From: Amoeboradix gromovi X-113
Lineage: Eukaryota; Fungi; Sanchytriomycota
NCBI GenBank assembly: GCA_018985225.1
Contig: JADGIF010000457.1
Location: 1-8,196, forward strand
Direction: 5' to 3'
Length of the DNA stretch: 8,196 nt
Part shown: positions 7,987-8,196 of the stretch, piece by piece
How the letters are laid out: each line of letters starts with the position of its first letter
Position numbering within the stretch: position 1 is the stretch's first letter
Notes under the pieces: model-generated
Databases searched by the model: none
What the model was told of the DNA's origin: nothing
The model's input: only the letters and a program-made list of their open reading frames with translations
Position numbers and translations under genes: made by a program

Positions 7987-8196
7987 GAAATGCTATCATT
8001 AATAAAAGATCTTCTATTATTCCAATTTTCTTTCATTGATTGTATTCCTCTTTTTAAAATAAAAGTAGAAGACCCTGCATCTCGTTGAAATATATGAGGT
8101 CTTTGAGCATCTGAGCAAAAGGTGCATCTTCTTAGACGGTACTCTTTTCTAGTGTCATTTTGTAATGTTATACTAACATCATTACTCTTATCTATT
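7926..8196 (-). mobile_element. 3' end of a putative Fanzor/TnpB-encoding transposon, copy B (continues beyond window end)
   Basis: Inverted homolog of 1-210. On the + strand the terminus reads TA|CATCTGGGACACC. Confidence 0.7.
7950..8195 (-). CDS. C-terminal fragment of a putative Fanzor/TnpB-like RuvC nuclease (5' partial)
   Basis: 82 codons (81 aa plus stop): IDKSNDVSITLQNDTRKEYRLRRCTFCSDAQRPHIFQRDAGSSTFILKRGIQSMKENWNNRRSFINDSISSVWSTFKNELV*. Confidence 0.62.
   Translation of the reverse strand: MDKSNDVSITLQNDTRKEYRLRRCTFCSDAQRPHIFQRDAGSSTFILKRGIQSMKENWNNRRSFINDSISSVWSTFKNELV

Noticed and set aside
1-8196. Terminal repeats as LTRs, telomeres or an amplification fold-back artefact
   Set aside because: The repeats are inverted rather than direct, protein-coding, non-tandem and about 10% diverged.

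Overview
Gene-dense eukaryotic DNA, probably from a compact-genome fungus-like opisthokont (inference from the gene set). The genetic code looks standard: TAA, TAG and TGA each end a recognisable gene. The core holds intronless RPS14, a forkhead transcription factor split by a 22-nt intron, a minimal 188-aa INCENP-like gene, a 3'-truncated ASNSD1-like gene, two unknown ORFs and a decayed plant-type LRR gene. The main signal is missing from the ORF track. Both window ends carry about 90%-identical inverted copies of a repeat that encodes a TnpB/Fanzor-like C-terminus (YRLRRCxxC...F[EQ]RDxGSSxFIL). Each copy is followed by a conserved hairpin-forming 3' end and then unrelated flanking sequence, which is the layout expected of an omegaRNA scaffold plus guide. 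A third, ORF-less diverged copy of that 3' end lies at 694-736. Only the C-terminal 59-81 aa of the putative nuclease is visible, so the family assignment rests on motifs read by eye.
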